A stretch of 55,221 nt of DNA, from the NCBI GenBank assembly GCA_964511215.1, contig CAZEER010000005.1:1-55221 (forward strand). Direction: 5' to 3'. Of the stretch, positions 1-9,128 are shown piece after piece. Every line of letters starts with the position of its first letter. Within the stretch, counting starts at the first letter, position 1. Origin of the DNA: an uncultured bacterium (GTDB lineage Bacteria > Fidelibacterota > Marinisomatia > Marinisomatales > UBA1611). Below the pieces are notes generated by a model, which searched no databases, was not told the origin of the DNA, and saw only the letters and a program-made list of their open reading frames with translations. The translations under genes and the position numbers were made by a program.

Positions 1-2
1 TG

Positions 3-188
3 CAAAAGGGTGTTCTTTTGTCATCAGGGTTAATAGCTGGTGAATCTTTAATGGGTATTTTATTGGCTTTTGTTGCGGGAGCGGGGATACAAAATCTCAA
101 TCCTAGTTTCGATCCAAATCTTGTAACTGGACTTACCTTGCTAGCCACGGTCGGAACTATTTGGTGGCTCTATAAGGGTTCAAAATAA
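3..188 (+). CDS. OPT-family oligopeptide transporter, C-terminal fragment (runs off left edge)
   Basis: Not in the ORF track. Hand translation of frame 3 gives QKGVLLSSGLIAGESLMGILLAF...WWLYKGSK* (TAA 186-188). GxLxxSGLIAGExLxG is the characteristic C-terminal motif of bacterial OPT proteins. Confidence 0.8.
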   Translation, partial: QKGVLLSSGLIAGESLMGILLAFVAGAGIQNLNPSFDPNLVTGLTLLATVGTIWWLYKGSK

Positions 189-200
189 AAATGAAATGAT

Positions 201-2588
201 TTAATTATTTATGACTGTTATTTTATCTGCAACATGTGACCCATCTATACCGTAGATCATTAATAGATATACACCACTAGATACATAATAGCCATCTTTA
301 TCACGGCCATCCCAGGACAATTGATCACCATCATTATTTATGCCTTGGGATTGAATATGTCGTATCACTTTCCCATCAAGAGTCATAACCATCATTGATG
401 ACTCATAAACTAATCCATCAACTTTCATAGGTTTGTTAGATGGTATATAAAAAGGACTAGGAAATATTTTAATTCCATCATAATTAAGTTTAGGAATTCC
501 AAATGGTATTTTTAAAATATTTACTCCATTATTAGTTGCTATATATGCAAGATTATTTTTTTCATCAAATGCAATATCTCTAACTTCATCCGATAAAAGT
601 GGGCTATTCGATTTTCTAAAACCATTTATATCAGGCCAATAGGTAGTGTTTTCTAAAAGTATGTGAATACCTTGCGTTGGTGAAAAAGTCCAAATATTTC
701 CTTGTTTATCTACAGCTATACCCGAGCCAACACCAAAAGAAATATTTGGAAAATAAGAGTATGAATTTTCACGAATAATAGGATATAAAGAATTTTCTAA
801 ATCATAATAATTAAGTCCTGAAGGAGTTAAATAATATAATCGATTATTTAAACCCATAGCAATTGACCAGACCGTACCATCATACTTAATTATATCCCAA
901 AAAAAATCCGTTGGATTGTATGGCTCACCTTCAAATGTTAACATTGATATACCTCCGTTTGGATAAATACCTAGATTCGCTTCCTCAGCTTGGAATGCTG
1001 ATACCCAAACCCTACTCCAACTATCAAATGCAATAGACGAAGGTGATTGACTAATACGAGTTGTCGTTTCAGATGAGCCATAATGCTTCCATATACCATC
1101 AAGTGATCTTATATGAATAGGATTATTACCATTTATACAATAAGGATTTACAATCCACAAATTTCCATCATAATCAAAACTTATATCTAAAGTAACTTGA
1201 TAAGGTGTAGAATTACTTGATGTTGTATGATAGCTTAAGAATGTAGTGTCAATTGTACTCACATTAGTTGGGTCATCTATATCTAGGACAATAACTCCTC
1301 CACTCGACCTTGGTGGATTTGCTGAATAAACACGTGACCCTCTAATAGCACAGTACAATAATCCATCTGGCCCTTGTTCTAGGTCTGCTATATATTGGCC
1401 AAAATCATATGCTATTGTATCTGCAACAAAGTAATTATAATCATAATTGTTTGAAGCCAACGCAGATCCCTCGATTTTAATTTCTAAAATATTATGCCAA
1501 CTGATACCATTATATATTGATATCCCATGGCTACTTCCACCCACTAGTCTACCATCATCTAAAATTGTAATTGCAGAAAAACTATTAGTTACCGGAGCAT
1601 TGGGTAAAAATCTTGATGCTATATAAGAATTTTCCATATCTTCAATAATAAAAAGAATCCCATTATCCAATCCTGCCAAGGTTTGGTTTACAGTTGGGAA
1701 AATCTTATTTATTTCATATTTATCCTCAATCAAGTATTCATTATTATTTGATTTTAAGAATAAATTTTTACCATCATTAAACCAGTATCCTTCATCGCTA
1801 ACTCGAATATTCTCAGCTTTTTCAAGGTTATACGAAAAGTCTAACTCCACTAGATTACCTGTTTCAATAAAATATTGATATATTCCATTATTTAAAGTGA
1901 ATACTAATATATCTTCATCCATAGAGATAGATGTTATATCATCATTAACATTGGGTATAAGTTTTGACCATGTTTCTGGATTTTTCAAATTATTAGAAAT
2001 ATGCGAATAATATAATCCATTACTCATCCCAAGAAATAATGTTGAATCTTTTATGGTGAAACAATTAACATAACCTGCAATGTCAGGGTAATGACGGAAA
2101 GAATCACGATATTCCCAATTATCATCATAAATAAATTTCATTAAGCCAAAATCTTGACCATCTTGGAATAATACCCAAGCCATAAAATTCTCTATTTGTA
2201 TATCTAATATAGATGTTAATCCAAAATCAAATGAATTAACAGATTGATTATTTATAGGATCATAAATTTGTAAAAAACCGAAAGGTGAACTCCCTCCTAT
2301 CCATAAATTAGAATTATGATCTTCTCTAATAGATAATAAATTCACACCATCTAGGCCATCAATAGTTGTTAAAGTTTTATATTGATCATTCCTTAGTATG
2401 AATAATCCTCCACCAGTTGCACCGTAAATATTTTCTCCAACAACTACTAAATCATTCACTCTTAATGGGGAAGTCAATGCTTTCCACTCTCCTAAACGTA
2501 CTTGGCTAAAACTAAATAAAAATAAATAACAGGTCGCACAGATAAAATATCTACCAAAAATTATAATATTCGAATTTCGATAATACAT
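201..2588 (-). CDS. porZ: PorZ-like beta-propeller surface protein with C-terminal T9SS-CTD/FlgD-Ig-like domain
   Basis: Signal peptide then SQVRLGEW; repeated propeller blades (DxxGNLWI, DKQGNIW); NSPLLSDEVRDIAFD...YIATNNG; tail KIFPSPF...LSWDGRDKDGYYVSSGVYL. The 795-aa length fits PorZ. Confidence 0.65.
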   Translation of the reverse strand: MYYRNSNIIIFGRYFICATCYLFLFSFSQVRLGEWKALTSPLRVNDLVVVGENIYGATGGGLFILRNDQYKTLTTIDGLDGVNLLSIREDHNSNLWIGGSSPFGFLQIYDPINNQSVNSFDFGLTSILDIQIENFMAWVLFQDGQDFGLMKFIYDDNWEYRDSFRHYPDIAGYVNCFTIKDSTLFLGMSNGLYYSHISNNLKNPETWSKLIPNVNDDITSISMDEDILVFTLNNGIYQYFIETGNLVELDFSYNLEKAENIRVSDEGYWFNDGKNLFLKSNNNEYLIEDKYEINKIFPTVNQTLAGLDNGILFIIEDMENSYIASRFLPNAPVTNSFSAITILDDGRLVGGSSHGISIYNGISWHNILEIKIEGSALASNNYDYNYFVADTIAYDFGQYIADLEQGPDGLLYCAIRGSRVYSANPPRSSGGVIVLDIDDPTNVSTIDTTFLSYHTTSSNSTPYQVTLDISFDYDGNLWIVNPYCINGNNPIHIRSLDGIWKHYGSSETTTRISQSPSSIAFDSWSRVWVSAFQAEEANLGIYPNGGISMLTFEGEPYNPTDFFWDIIKYDGTVWSIAMGLNNRLYYLTPSGLNYYDLENSLYPIIRENSYSYFPNISFGVGSGIAVDKQGNIWTFSPTQGIHILLENTTYWPDINGFRKSNSPLLSDEVRDIAFDEKNNLAYIATNNGVNILKIPFGIPKLNYDGIKIFPSPFYIPSNKPMKVDGLVYESSMMVMTLDGKVIRHIQSQGINNDGDQLSWDGRDKDGYYVSSGVYLLMIYGIDGSHVADKITVINN

Positions 2589-2668
2589 GTTAAATAGTTA
2601 AAAACATTTTATCGAAATTAATCAGCTTTCTCTTTTGTATTAGCTAAAAACATCCCAATTTTAACACT

Positions 2669-3067
2669 ATGAAAAAATATTTGATTCTTATTTTATTACT
2701 AAATTTATTATTGGCCCAAAACCGAACACCTTTTACAATAGATGTCCGACCTAGAATAATTAATGATTCAAAGATTTTAATTAATGTAGAGGTTGTCAAC
2801 CATGTTGAACACCCAGTTGATTATCTCGAAGGTTTTTTGTCTGAGTTTTCTAATGATAAAAGTTTATTAGGTGAAAAAAGAATGGTTTTGGTTTACAATT
2901 ATGAGCCAGCACTTCAAAGTGGATTTTCCACTACAAAAACTACCACATATGATTTGAAAGGTGAGAAACCATCTACTTTTGAATTCCACTTATCAAAAGT
3001 TAAATTTTCTGGTCAGAGTAGTGTCTTTACTTGGCATCCAAAATCTGGATTTATTCGTATTGATTGA
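2669..3067 (+). CDS. Hypothetical secreted protein
   Basis: Clear signal peptide (MKKYLILILLLNLLLA-Q) and a beta-rich mature part; divergent from the porZ-like gene. Confidence 0.75.
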   Translation: MKKYLILILLLNLLLAQNRTPFTIDVRPRIINDSKILINVEVVNHVEHPVDYLEGFLSEFSNDKSLLGEKRMVLVYNYEPALQSGFSTTKTTTYDLKGEKPSTFEFHLSKVKFSGQSSVFTWHPKSGFIRID

Positions 3068-3578
3068 CCTGCTTTTGCTGATGTTCTATCATTTTTCTTT
3101 CTAATAATTTACTATAATTTAGTGTATCCAATTCTAACATTAGTTCATTAATCCACGATCTAGTCTTTTGAATATATTCCTCCGTATATTGAATAGGAAG
3201 TCTTTCTGCATACATATTTGCAATTAGTATTGCAGATGGAATCGGAATGTAATTATTGAGTGGATCTTGATAAAAAAAATCAATATTTCTAATAAGTTCA
3301 TAATTTGTAAGATAATCTACCGTCTCAGAAAATACTTCATCAGCTAATTCATTGTTTTTTTCCCAAGTTTTCAAGTATCCATACAGTCGGCCATCTAACA
3401 CACCATTTATATATGCAACTTTGCATTTAAAAGCAGCATCCTTATTATAATCCATTTTTTTTAAAATTTGATTCCAATCTCTACCATCCCAAAATAATTT
3501 ATTTTGTTGAGTAAAACACCATGAATTAAATAGAATAATAATTACTAAAAAATATTTAATGAAAAAATAGAAATTCAT
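3051..3578 (-). CDS. Hypothetical exported protein
   Basis: Start moved from 3620 to ATG 3578 (MNFYFFIK...), which removes the overlap with the dehydrogenase gene and leaves an N-terminal hydrophobic leader. Helical mature region (LFWDGRDW...). Confidence 0.7.
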   Translation of the reverse strand: MNFYFFIKYFLVIIILFNSWCFTQQNKLFWDGRDWNQILKKMDYNKDAAFKCKVAYINGVLDGRLYGYLKTWEKNNELADEVFSETVDYLTNYELIRNIDFFYQDPLNNYIPIPSAILIANMYAERLPIQYTEEYIQKTRSWINELMLELDTLNYSKLLERKMIEHQQKQVNQYE

Positions 3579-3582
3579 TATT

Positions 3583-4953
3583 CTAAGAATCCTTAACAAC
3601 CACTGTTTTAACATTGACAAATTCCATCATTCCATTAATGGCTAATTCTCGGCCATATCCAGAATCTTTAATTCCTCCAAAAGGAAGCCGAGGATCAGAT
3701 TTTACAAAATCATTTACAAAACAAGCACCAGCATTCAGTCTAAACTTTGCTATTTCTTCCCCTTTTTCTATATCTTTAGTAAATATGGCTGCCCCCAGTC
3801 CAAAAGGAGTAAGATTACCCAAAACTATAGCATTTTCCTCATCCTGAGCTCTAATTATTGTAAAAACAGGTCCAAAAATTTCTTCATCAAAAGCTACCAT
3901 TCCTGGAGTTACATTCGAAAGTAAAGTAATGGGATAGAAAGCACCACGAGATTTAGGAATAAAACCACCTAAGTGAAGTATTGCTCCATCATTAATACTA
4001 CTTCGTACTTGGTCATGAACCTCATTTCTAGCTTGGATTGAGACCATAGGACCAATATCAACATCATCCATAGGATCACCCATTATTTTTTCAGATAATT
4101 TTTTCTCAATATTTTTTAAAAAATTATCATGCATTGATTGAGTTACAATAATCCTTTTTGCTGCAATGCAACTCTGACCTGTATTCAAAATTCTTCCATT
4201 AATACATGAAGATATTGCAATATTAATATCGGCATCATCTAAAATGATGTATGGATCACTTCCACCAAGTTCAAGGACTGTTTTTTTTAGGGCTCTACCT
4301 GCTGTTGCCGCCACAGATCTACCCGCGGGGGTGCTACCAGTAATAGTCACAGCGCTTATTTTCGAATTATCAATAATATCTGCGACAGCTTTACTATTTA
4401 CAGTAATATTGCGAAAGATATTTTTTGGAAATCCTGCATCATTGAAACATGCTTCTATCGCAAATGCACTTCCCTGAACATTTGAAGCATGTTTGAGAAT
4501 AGCACCATTACCAATGGTGACATTAGGTATCGCAAAACGAAATACCTGCCAAAATGGAAAATTCCATGGCATCACCCCCAAGACTAACCCAATAGGTTGA
4601 AAAGTCACAAAACTTTTTTGGCCTGGAATATCAATGTTTTTATCTAAAAGATATTCTTTTGAATTCTCAAAATAATATTCACAAAGCCAAGCACATTTTT
4701 CCACTTCACCCTCAGCTTGTTTTAAAGGTTTACCCATTTCTTCAGATATAATTAATGCGTATTCACGCTTTTTATCCATCAATATTTCACTAATACGTTT
4801 CAAGCAATCTAAACGGAATTTTAGATCTGTAGTTGACCATTTCATTTGTGTTATTGACGCACTATCTAGAATTTTTTTTACCAAATTTTGGGAGTATTCC
4901 GGATATGCTTTGATTTCTTGTCCTGTTGCAGGGTTTATCGATAATAGTGCCAT
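3583..4953 (-). CDS. gabD: NAD(P)-dependent succinate-semialdehyde dehydrogenase (GabD1/Sad-type aldehyde dehydrogenase)
   Basis: SINPATG, GVMPWNFPFWQ, LKHASNV, TGSTPAG, LELGGSDP, GQSCIAAKR (catalytic Cys), EEIFGPV, PFGGIKDSGYGRE. Confidence 0.9.
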   Translation of the reverse strand: MALLSINPATGQEIKAYPEYSQNLVKKILDSASITQMKWSTTDLKFRLDCLKRISEILMDKKREYALIISEEMGKPLKQAEGEVEKCAWLCEYYFENSKEYLLDKNIDIPGQKSFVTFQPIGLVLGVMPWNFPFWQVFRFAIPNVTIGNGAILKHASNVQGSAFAIEACFNDAGFPKNIFRNITVNSKAVADIIDNSKISAVTITGSTPAGRSVAATAGRALKKTVLELGGSDPYIILDDADINIAISSCINGRILNTGQSCIAAKRIIVTQSMHDNFLKNIEKKLSEKIMGDPMDDVDIGPMVSIQARNEVHDQVRSSINDGAILHLGGFIPKSRGAFYPITLLSNVTPGMVAFDEEIFGPVFTIIRAQDEENAIVLGNLTPFGLGAAIFTKDIEKGEEIAKFRLNAGACFVNDFVKSDPRLPFGGIKDSGYGRELAINGMMEFVNVKTVVVKDS

Positions 4954-5081
4954 AATATTAATCTATCTACTATAAACTTTTAATTAATGTTAGTGAAATA
5001 TGCCAGAAAAATACGGAAATTATTTTTTTAATTATATGTAAAACAGATCCAATATGCACCTGATAAAAAATATAATAACAA

Positions 5082-7655
5082 TTAAGCTTGGACCTCAGGC
5101 ATTACTTTTAAAATAACAGGATCTTGCTGATCTTTTTCTAATGGATTATATTCTGGTACTAGGGATGCTAAAATAGACCTGAGGTGCTTATTATCAAACT
5201 CATGGCCTATTAACTCTCCCTTAATAATTCTATTATTGATATTTTGTATTTCATTTTCTGAAAGCGTAGGACGGATTTCTAATATTTTACTATGATCAGT
5301 TTTATCAACAGATTTTGAATCAAAAATAAGTTCTTCAATTTTTTTCTCACCGGGACGTGGTCCTATAAAACTTATTGGGATATCAATATCCGGTTCTAAA
5401 CCAGAAAGTCTAATTAATTCATTTGCAATATCAAGTATTTTAATAGGTTGCCCCATATCAAGAGCAAAAATTTCACCACCTTTACCTAATCCTCCTGCTT
5501 GCATAATCAATTGAGCAGCTTCACTGACTGACATAAAATAACGTTCCATATCTGGATCGGTTATAGTGACTGGCCCTCCTGATCTTATTTGCTCCTGGAA
5601 TATTGGGATTACACTACCACTACTACCCAAAACATTACCAAAACGCACCGCCATAAAACTAGTATTACAACCAGAGTCAGCTCCTTGGCAGATTAGTTCA
5701 GCCAAACGTTTGGTTGCACCCATAACATTAATTGGTTTTACCGCCTTATCAGTACTGACTAAAATAAATTTTTCAACATTATGCTGTAATGATAGATTTA
5801 CAAGATTAATTGTACCATGTACATTTGTTTCAACAGCCTCCCAAGGAAAAGCTTCTTGCATCGAAACATGTTTATACGCTGCTGAATGAAAAATAATTTG
5901 AGGTTCATATTCATTAAATACTTTTGATAATATTTCATGATCTCTTACATTAGTTAAAAGTGGTTTAATGAGAACATTATTAGGTTTTTCCAAAATTTCT
6001 CTTTCAATTTGAAATAAATTATATTCACTATTATCCAGCATTACTAATAGCGCAGGTTCAAATTCAAGGCATTGACGCACTAATTCTGAACCAATACTAC
6101 CACCAGCACCAGTAATTAATATTCTTTTCCCACGAATAAATCCTTTTATCAATTCCTTATTTAGTTTTACTTCATTCCTACCTAGTAAATCAATTATAGA
6201 AACCTCTTTAAGTTGATTTACTGATAATTTACCCGATACTACTTCTTCAACTGAGGGTAATATGCGAAAAGGCTTGCCTGCATTTTTACAAATTTCAATA
6301 ATATTACAAAGTTCTTTTCTAGGTACTTCGGGACAACAAATCAAAGCTTCATCATAATAATTTGAATAGTCATTTAAATCTGAAATTTTACCTAATACTG
6401 GTTTTCCATGGATTTTCTTCCCTTGATTAATTTTATTATCATCAAGGAAACCGATAGGATCCATTAAGTGCTTGGAATCACCTAAAAGCTCCTTGCAAAT
6501 AAAGCCTGCTGTCTCACCCGACCCAATTAAAAGAACTCTTTTAGAAAATTCAATTTTATAAGGTTTTGGGTTTAATAAATGAGAATAAATAATCCTAATT
6601 ATCAATCTCGATACACTTGTAAAACCAAATGATAACATTAGATCTATCATAATTACGCCATAAGAAATATCACTTGAAAAACCGGCATAATTAATTCCTA
6701 CGACAACAACAATTGTTGCAAATATATTGGCCTTGGCAATATTATAAATATCAAATATGCTGGTATATCTCCACATACCGTCATAAAGCCCAAATAAATA
6801 ATAAAGTAATAATTTTGCAACGACTATAAATAGCAAAATATTAAGTATATTTATATCTGATAATATTATTGGGATTGAAAAATCATTTTTAATAAAAGAA
6901 GCAAATAAAAATGCCAAAAGTAACGAAATAATATCTCCCAAAAATATAATTCTCAAATTTCGAGTAGTGTCTTCAACCACTTTACTTTTTGTGATATTTT
7001 TTATTTTAACAGCACTAACAATCTTATTGATATCCTCATTATCTTTTATTTTCAAAAGTTTGGCCAACATATATTGACCCATTCGTTTTGGGATAAATAA
7101 CGAAAGAATAGTGATACCTACTAATTTCAAATCTTGAAGGAAACTTTTTTTATTTACATAATATTTGTCCAGACCTACTTTAATATCTAAAATAACCTTA
7201 TATGGATCATTGGAATCAATCATAGACCAGATTTCAGATTCATTCCGAAATAGAATTGATGAGTAACCTGATAAACCAGGTTTGATGCTTTCTAAAAATA
7301 TGAATGACTCCTTATCTACAAATTCTGGTACTTCTGGTCGAGGACCAATGAAACGCATATCTCCTTTGATCACATTAAATAATTGAGGTAGTTCATCTAG
7401 CTTTGTTTTTCTTAGGAATCGTCCCCATCTGGTCGCTTGAGGTATTTGCCCATTTTTAAATGCAGGGTTATCTTGTCCATTTTTGATTGTTCTAAATTTA
7501 TATATAACAAAGTTATTAAAATTTTTGCCAACTCTCGTCTGTCTAAAAATAATTGGATTCCCTTGAAGAATAAGACTAATAAACCCAATCACAAATAAAA
7601 AGGGCGATAATAATACAATAAGAATAATTGCTGTTAATCTAGATAGAATTTCCAT
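5082..7655 (-). CDS. Fusion: monotopic phosphoglycosyl transferase (PglC/WcfS-like, N-terminal ~190 aa) + membrane UDP-GlcNAc 4,6-dehydratase (PglF/CapD/WbpM-like)
   Basis: N-part: FRQTRVG, YKFRT, GRFLRKTKLDELPQLFNV, GPRPE, PGLSG. C-part: 4 TM helices, LLGR, ITGAGGSIGSEL, HSAAYKHV, STDKAV, MGATKR, VRFGNVLGSSGSVIP, RYFMSVSEA, RPGEK. Confidence 0.92.
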   Translation of the reverse strand: MEILSRLTAIILIVLLSPFLFVIGFISLILQGNPIIFRQTRVGKNFNNFVIYKFRTIKNGQDNPAFKNGQIPQATRWGRFLRKTKLDELPQLFNVIKGDMRFIGPRPEVPEFVDKESFIFLESIKPGLSGYSSILFRNESEIWSMIDSNDPYKVILDIKVGLDKYYVNKKSFLQDLKLVGITILSLFIPKRMGQYMLAKLLKIKDNEDINKIVSAVKIKNITKSKVVEDTTRNLRIIFLGDIISLLLAFLFASFIKNDFSIPIILSDINILNILLFIVVAKLLLYYLFGLYDGMWRYTSIFDIYNIAKANIFATIVVVVGINYAGFSSDISYGVIMIDLMLSFGFTSVSRLIIRIIYSHLLNPKPYKIEFSKRVLLIGSGETAGFICKELLGDSKHLMDPIGFLDDNKINQGKKIHGKPVLGKISDLNDYSNYYDEALICCPEVPRKELCNIIEICKNAGKPFRILPSVEEVVSGKLSVNQLKEVSIIDLLGRNEVKLNKELIKGFIRGKRILITGAGGSIGSELVRQCLEFEPALLVMLDNSEYNLFQIEREILEKPNNVLIKPLLTNVRDHEILSKVFNEYEPQIIFHSAAYKHVSMQEAFPWEAVETNVHGTINLVNLSLQHNVEKFILVSTDKAVKPINVMGATKRLAELICQGADSGCNTSFMAVRFGNVLGSSGSVIPIFQEQIRSGGPVTITDPDMERYFMSVSEAAQLIMQAGGLGKGGEIFALDMGQPIKILDIANELIRLSGLEPDIDIPISFIGPRPGEKKIEELIFDSKSVDKTDHSKILEIRPTLSENEIQNINNRIIKGELIGHEFDNKHLRSILASLVPEYNPLEKDQQDPVILKVMPEVQA

Positions 7656-7671
7656 ATCGGTTATATTCGTT

Positions 7672-7857
7672 CTATTTCAGATTCTTTACAAATATTATTC
7701 TCATACCGGTGATGCCAATCACACTTGTGACCACAGTCACAATAGAAAGAATTAAGGCAATAGCACCCAGCGATGGACTATAGATATATATCCATGATAG
7801 GATAGCAGTGGTAAAGATGCACAAATACGAGCACCCTTCTATGATATTCCGCATCAT
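7672..7857 (-). CDS. Small hypothetical membrane protein (61 aa, two hydrophobic segments)
   Basis: Co-oriented with the operon and sits in the gap between two genes. A GAGGT Shine-Dalgarno-like motif lies ~5 nt upstream of the ATG (minus strand cctgaggtaattaATG). Confidence 0.55.
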   Translation of the reverse strand: MMRNIIEGCSYLCIFTTAILSWIYIYSPSLGAIALILSIVTVVTSVIGITGMRIIFVKNLK

Positions 7858-7884
7858 TAATTACCTCAGGACTTGTATTCTTAA

Positions 7885-7913
7885 AATATATACTACATTT
7901 TAATGCATTACAA
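7885..7913 (-). promoter_or_regulatory. Candidate internal sigma70-like promoter
   Basis: Minus strand TTGTAA (7913-7908), 17-nt spacer, TATATT (7890-7885), upstream of the 61-aa ORF and the PGT fusion. Chance matches are common at this AT content. Confidence 0.25.
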
Positions 7914-7973
7914 GTATTAATAGTCCTGGCAAGTTAATGACTTCGAAAGTAATTAATAGATATACTAAAAAAA

Positions 7974-9128
7974 TTATATTGAAAACCTATCATATAACTC
8001 TTTAATAGTTTTGATAATATAATTTATCTCATTTGGCGATAGATCTGGATAAAGAGGAAGACTAATAACTTTTTTGAATAATTCATTGGCGCATGGAAAA
8101 TTATTTTCTGAGAAATCGTACTTTTTTTTATAATATGACAATTGATGAATAGGTTTATAATGTACTGCTAATCCTATTCCCTTTTTATTCATTTTATCTA
8201 TAAAACTGTTTCGAGATATTTTCCAGCAATCTAGATTTAATTTTATTACAAATAAATGTTTGGCATGCCCATCATATATTTTTGGTAATTGTATCCCCTT
8301 TATATCATTAAGCCCCTCACAATATTGTTTAATAACTGTCTGTCTTTTTTCCTGCCATTTATTTAAGTGACGAAATTGCCATAAACCAATAGATGCAGAT
8401 ATATCAGTCATATTATATTTAAATCCAAGTTCCACAATATCATACTCCCATTTACCATAATCTTTAAATCGACTCCAACCATCTCTCGTAATTCCGTGGA
8501 GCGAAAGCTTTCTAACTTTTTCAGCTAAATCATTATCATTTGTAGAAAATGCACCTCCTTCGCCACCCGTAGTGATATTTTTATTAGCATAAAATGAAAA
8601 TGCTGCACCATAATTAGTATCACCAATTTTGCCAGCATTTGATTTAGACTCTAGAGCATGTGCAGCATCTTCTAAAATAAATACACCATATTTCTCTGCT
8701 AAATTAAATAATTCTACCATATTTACTGGCTCCCCACCATAGTGTACTGGTAAGATTGCTTTAATATTATTATGAGTCTTTAAAATATCTTCAACATTAT
8801 TCAAATCAATTAAAAAACCAGATTTTTCATTATCTACTAATATCGGCTTCATACCAAGATATTCACCAGACTCTATCGTTGAAACAAAAGTCATAGTAGG
8901 GACAATAAACTTGTCTCCTTGCCTAAACCCCATTGCAGCTAGACCTAGGTGCAATGCCGCTGTACATGAATTAACAGCTATCACATAATTAGAATTGAGG
9001 TATTCAGACAATATTCCTTCAAAATTTTGCACTTGTTCAGCAGTTGTAAGCCAACCAGAACGAATTGAATCTTTATAGATTTCATCTAGGCTTTTTGGTA
9101 GAATGGGTCTATGAAAAGGAATCCTCAT
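7974..9128 (-). CDS. DegT/DnrJ/EryC1/StrS PLP-dependent sugar aminotransferase (WcfR/SpsC/PglE-like)
   Basis: SGWLTT, NSCTAALH, PVHYGG, EDAAHA, SFYANKNITTGGEGG (PLP lysine), GFKYNMTD, ISLPLYP. Confidence 0.92.
   Translation of the reverse strand: MRIPFHRPILPKSLDEIYKDSIRSGWLTTAEQVQNFEGILSEYLNSNYVIAVNSCTAALHLGLAAMGFRQGDKFIVPTMTFVSTIESGEYLGMKPILVDNEKSGFLIDLNNVEDILKTHNNIKAILPVHYGGEPVNMVELFNLAEKYGVFILEDAAHALESKSNAGKIGDTNYGAAFSFYANKNITTGGEGGAFSTNDNDLAEKVRKLSLHGITRDGWSRFKDYGKWEYDIVELGFKYNMTDISASIGLWQFRHLNKWQEKRQTVIKQYCEGLNDIKGIQLPKIYDGHAKHLFVIKLNLDCWKISRNSFIDKMNKKGIGLAVHYKPIHQLSYYKKKYDFSENNFPCANELFKKVISLPLYPDLSPNEINYIIKTIKELYDRFSI

Noticed and set aside
3614-5889. Plus-strand ORFs 3614-3847, 4244-4477 and 5566-5889
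   Set aside because: Antisense shadows inside well-supported dehydrogenase and dehydratase genes, with no motifs of their own.
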